From: a virus | IMG/VR virus record: IMGVR_UViG_3300042197_001007 | DNA: 64,000 nt | Direction: 5' to 3' (one strand) | Part shown: positions 62,806 through 64,000 of the stretch, one piece after another | Numbering within the stretch: the first letter of the stretch is position 1 | Layout: every line of letters starts with the position of its first letter | Translations under genes and position numbers: made by a program | The notes under the pieces: generated by a model | What the model saw: the letters and a program-made list of their open reading frames with translations, nothing else | The model's database searches: none | Told to the model about the DNA's origin: nothing

Positions 62806-62830
62806 AAAAAATGGGGAGATTTCTCTCCCC
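62806..62830 (-). terminator. intrinsic terminator after psbA
   Basis: GGGGAGA-GAAA-TCTCCCC-ATTTTTT. Confidence 0.8.
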
Positions 62831-62858
62831 GGTAGTTTATCAGAGTTTAACTTATCTG

Positions 62859-63941
62859 TCAACCAATAGCAGGTGCTGTAAGAGCAACAGGTGTCATATC
62901 AGCAGCAGCAAGGTCAAGAGGGAAGTTATGGGCATTACGCTCATGCATCACTTCAAAACCGAGATTAGCACGGTTGAGAATGTCTGCCCAAGTGTTGATC
63001 ACATGACCCTTGTTGTCAAGTAGTGACTGGTTGAAGTTGAAACCATTCAGGTTGAATGCCATCGTGCTAACTCCAAGAGCAGCAAACCAAATACCAACGA
63101 CAGGCCAAGCAGCCAAAAAGAAATGTAGAGAGCGAGAGTTGTTGAAGGACGCATATTGGAAGATCAAACGACCGAAGTATCCATGAGCAGCAACAATGTT
63201 GTAAGTCTCTTCTTCTTGTCCGAACTTGTATCCATAGTTCTGGCTTTCTACTTCCGTGGTTTCACGAACGAGGGAACTAGTGACCAGAGATCCATGCATA
63301 GCAGAGAAAAGAGAACCGCCAAATACACCAGCCACCCCAAGCATATGGAAGGGGTGCATGAGAATATTATGCTCCGCCTGGAAAACAAGCATGTAGTTAA
63401 ATGTACCTGAAATGCCGAGAGGCATACCATCAGAGAAGGAACCTTGTCCAAATGGATATACGAGGAACACTGCAGTAGCAGCAGCAACGGGTGCGCTGTA
63501 GGCAACACAAATCCAAGGACGCATACCAAGTCGGTAAGAAAGTTCCCATTCACGACCCATGTAAGAGAAGACACCAATGAGGAAGTGGAAGACCACTAGC
63601 TGATAAGGACCACCATTATATAGCCACTCATCAAGTGACATCGCGTTCCAGATGGGATAGAAATGAAGTCCGATAGCGTTGCTAGAAGGAACAACAGCAC
63701 CAGAGATGATGTTGTTGCCATACATCAGGGAACCAGCAACAGGTTCTCTGATCCCGTCAATGTCAACGGGTGGAGCAGCGACGAAAGCAACAATGAAACA
63801 GATCGTAGCAGCGAGAAGAGTAGGGATCATCAGCACACCAAACCAACCCACATAAAGGCGGTTGTTAGTGCTGGTTACCCACTCGCAGAACTGTTCCCAT
63901 GTATTGCTCCCATCGCGGCGTTGTGCGATAGTTGCTGTCAT
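62859..63941 (-). CDS. psbA: photosystem II D1 protein
   Basis: Full-length D1 ([14 protein letters not shown]...[13 protein letters not shown]); no intron. Confidence 0.99.
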   Translation of the reverse strand: MTATIAQRRDGSNTWEQFCEWVTSTNNRLYVGWFGVLMIPTLLAATICFIVAFVAAPPVDIDGIREPVAGSLMYGNNIISGAVVPSSNAIGLHFYPIWNAMSLDEWLYNGGPYQLVVFHFLIGVFSYMGREWELSYRLGMRPWICVAYSAPVAAATAVFLVYPFGQGSFSDGMPLGISGTFNYMLVFQAEHNILMHPFHMLGVAGVFGGSLFSAMHGSLVTSSLVRETTEVESQNYGYKFGQEEETYNIVAAHGYFGRLIFQYASFNNSRSLHFFLAAWPVVGIWFAALGVSTMAFNLNGFNFNQSLLDNKGHVINTWADILNRANLGFEVMHERNAHNFPLDLAAADMTPVALTAPAIG

Positions 63942-64000
63942 AGAAATACTCCGAGTAATTGGGGGAATGTATAAGGAACAGAATGTTACGAATTATGAGG

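Noticed and set aside
59476-63941. Introns, inteins or homing endonucleases in thyX and psbA
   Set aside because: Both ORFs are uninterrupted and of normal length.
63942-64000. Possible PhotoRC-II RNA motif upstream of psbA
   Set aside because: Only 59 nt are available and I could not build a convincing stem; a cmscan search is needed.

Overview
A 64 kb segment of a T4-like cyanophage (cyanomyovirus) genome, almost all on the minus strand. (1) About 1-19.5 kb is an early/accessory region of small ORFs. It includes a candidate DnaA-box origin, two coupled nuclease-methyltransferase pairs, an SF2 helicase and a ParB-like gene. It is driven by sigma70-like promoters that carry a 24-bp palindrome at a fixed position. 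(2) About 19.5-40.7 kb is a tail-fibre module: a chaperone, a 2OG-Fe(II) oxygenase, three collar-domain proteins and a 4270-aa virion protein. (3) About 40.7-43 kb holds seven tRNAs, an unassigned structured RNA and cpeT. (4) About 43-56 kb is the baseplate/tail module (gp5, cp12, tape-measure-like gene, gp51/gp26, gp54-like, gp4, gp2, gp48, gp53). (5) About 56-64 kb holds gp32, gp33, an exonuclease, phoH, thyX, a glutamine riboswitch with a DUF4278 peptide, glutaredoxin and psbA. Top lead: the giant virion protein contains six tandem repeats that align by eye with phycobiliprotein subunits, including the bilin-attachment CxRD motif, and the T-type bilin lyase gene cpeT lies about 0.9 kb upstream. 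Other strong leads are a -1 frameshift signal (slippery heptamer plus hairpin) fusing gp26 to gp51, a dual-coding region, and two restriction-modification-like pairs. All calls come from reading the sequence and recalled family motifs; no searches were run.
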